Source: Nitrospirota bacterium | GTDB taxonomy: Bacteria > Nitrospirota > Nitrospiria > 2-01-FULL-66-17 | Direction: 5' to 3' | DNA length: 64,000 bases | Assembly: GCA_049325335.1 (NCBI GenBank) | Contig: JBMOMC010000007.1 | Location: 224,001-288,000, forward strand | Shown: positions 62,847 to 64,000 of the stretch, one piece after another | Position numbering within the stretch: the stretch's first letter is position 1 | How the letters are laid out: each line of letters begins with the position of its first letter | Notes under the pieces: model-generated | Databases searched by the model: none | What the model was told of the DNA's origin: nothing | What the model saw: only the letters and a program-made list of their open reading frames with translations | Translations under genes and position numbers: made by a program

Positions 62847-64000
62847 TCAACCGACGCCGCCATGTTGCCGCGGCGTGTCGGCCAACGCTTTGCGGTCCAC
62901 CTTTCCGGTGGAGGTTCTCGGCAGCTCGGCATGTATCTCCACGGTCTCCGGCACCATGTACGACGGGAGTCGGTCCGCGCAGATTTTCTTCACGTCGGCC
63001 TCGGTCAGTGATCCGGAAGAATCCACCACCACGCAGGCCTTGATGCGATTGCCGAACTCCTCATCCGGCACCGCCACCGCCGCCGCTTCTTTGATATGCG
63101 GACTGGCGTACAGAGCGGTTTCAATTTCCCCCAGCTCGATCCGATACCCGCGGCTCTTGATCATATGGTCTCGGCGGCCGACCAAGAGGTAGTTGCCGTC
63201 CGCATCCAATGTGACGATGTCGCCGGTGCGGTAGAGTCGTTCGGGAAAATTCGACTGCAAGGGATTGCCCACCACGACTTTGTCGGTCTTGGCAGGATCG
63301 CCCCAGTATCCCTTCATCACCAAAGGCCCACGGACATAGAGTTCCCCTTCTTCACCCGCCTGAATCAGCCGCCCCCCTTCCGAGAGCGCGAACACCTCCG
63401 TGTTGGCGCACGCCTTGCCAATCGGGATCGGCTGCACGCGATCCGTATCCAGCGTCGGCACGCGGTAATACGTGCAGACATTAGTTTCCGTGGGGCCGTA
63501 AAGGTTATAGAACTCCGTATGCGGAATCGCGGCCATGAGCGATCGCAAATACTTGACGGGAAACACCTCGCCGGCAAACAAGACGGTGCGGAGCCGTTCA
63601 AACGAGAAGCGACCGAGTTGGCCGCGCTGCAACAAGAGAATGAGCGCGGACGGCACCGAGTACCAAATCGTGATCGCCTGCCGCTGAATAAACTCCGCCA
63701 ACCGAATCGGAAAGGTCGAGAGCCCCTCCGGGACCAGCACCACGGCACCGCCGGTCTTGATGGCGCAGAAGATATCCAAAATCGAGAGATCAAAATGCAG
63801 GGGTGCGTGGTTGGACAACCGATCTTCGGCGGTGACTGCAAACGTGGAGACCGCCCATTGGATAAAGACCATCGCGTGGCGATGGCTCAACATGACACCT
63901 TTGGGTTCGCCCGTGGACCCGGAGGTATACAGGATGTACGCAAGATCGTCTTCCACCCCCTGGGCGGACTCCCGGCTCGCCGGCTCCGGCGGTCCACCCT
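62847..64000 (-). CDS. Stand-alone amino-acid adenylation enzyme, proline-activating PltF/RedM-like (5' end outside the window)
   Basis: YILYTSGSTGEPKG, NHAPLHFDLS, NLYGPTETNVC, YRTGD, TSTGKVDR; frame is open to the window end. Confidence 0.88.
   Translation of the reverse strand, partial: GGPPEPASRESAQGVEDDLAYILYTSGSTGEPKGVMLSHRHAMVFIQWAVSTFAVTAEDRLSNHAPLHFDLSILDIFCAIKTGGAVVLVPEGLSTFPIRLAEFIQRQAITIWYSVPSALILLLQRGQLGRFSFERLRTVLFAGEVFPVKYLRSLMAAIPHTEFYNLYGPTETNVCTYYRVPTLDTDRVQPIPIGKACANTEVFALSEGGRLIQAGEEGELYVRGPLVMKGYWGDPAKTDKVVVGNPLQSNFPERLYRTGDIVTLDADGNYLLVGRRDHMIKSRGYRIELGEIETALYASPHIKEAAAVAVPDEEFGNRIKACVVVDSSGSLTEADVKKICADRLPSYMVPETVEIHAELPRTSTGKVDRKALADTPRQHGGVG

Noticed and set aside
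62847..64000. DltA/DltC D-alanylation system
   Set aside because: The specificity residues and the adjacent PltE-like dehydrogenase fit proline activation better; no dltB or dltD is seen in the window.

Overview
High-GC, Gram-negative-type bacterial DNA, mostly minus-strand genes; the gene set is reminiscent of Nitrospirota or deltaproteobacteria-like lineages, but taxonomy cannot be proven from this window. (1) 1-24.5 kb is housekeeping and metabolism: GH63-like glucosidase, an orphan Zn-ribbon/PilB/CheY operon, a MerA-like flavoprotein with DUF3047 and TVP38, glycogen debranching enzyme, SDR, FadE, 2-keto-acid decarboxylase, RlpA, PurC, YjcH-ActP, and a possibly membrane-fused degenerate Fe-ADH next to a diguanylate cyclase. 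(2) 24.6-42.4 kb is a nitrogen-assimilation island: 2 amtB, 3 P-II genes, a porin, a NarK-type transporter, a PP2C-kinase fusion, a NasA-type nitrate reductase with a DmsB-DmsC-like fusion, MOSC-MobA, a diaphorase-NirA fusion and a stand-alone Fis-type HTH. It has four sigma54 promoters, each paired with a shared CGACA-N4-TGTCG palindrome. (3) 42.5-46.5 kb holds DacA, a split ArgZ/AgrE-like pair, a thioredoxin-fold protein and a peroxiredoxin. (4) 47-64 kb is a cell-surface and accessory region. A sigma54 promoter precedes an FN3 lipoprotein and three secreted proteins that all end in the same orphan FN3 A-strand-like tail, the best candidate for an undescribed docking or sorting system. Also here are an AT-rich Stf0 sulfotransferase, a hexaheme cytochrome, a 1722-aa repeat protein with a near-perfect 2166-bp duplication, and a PltF/PltL/PltE-like pyrrolyl cassette linked to GNAT and FemAB genes. 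No rRNA, tRNA, CRISPR array or transposase was recognised.
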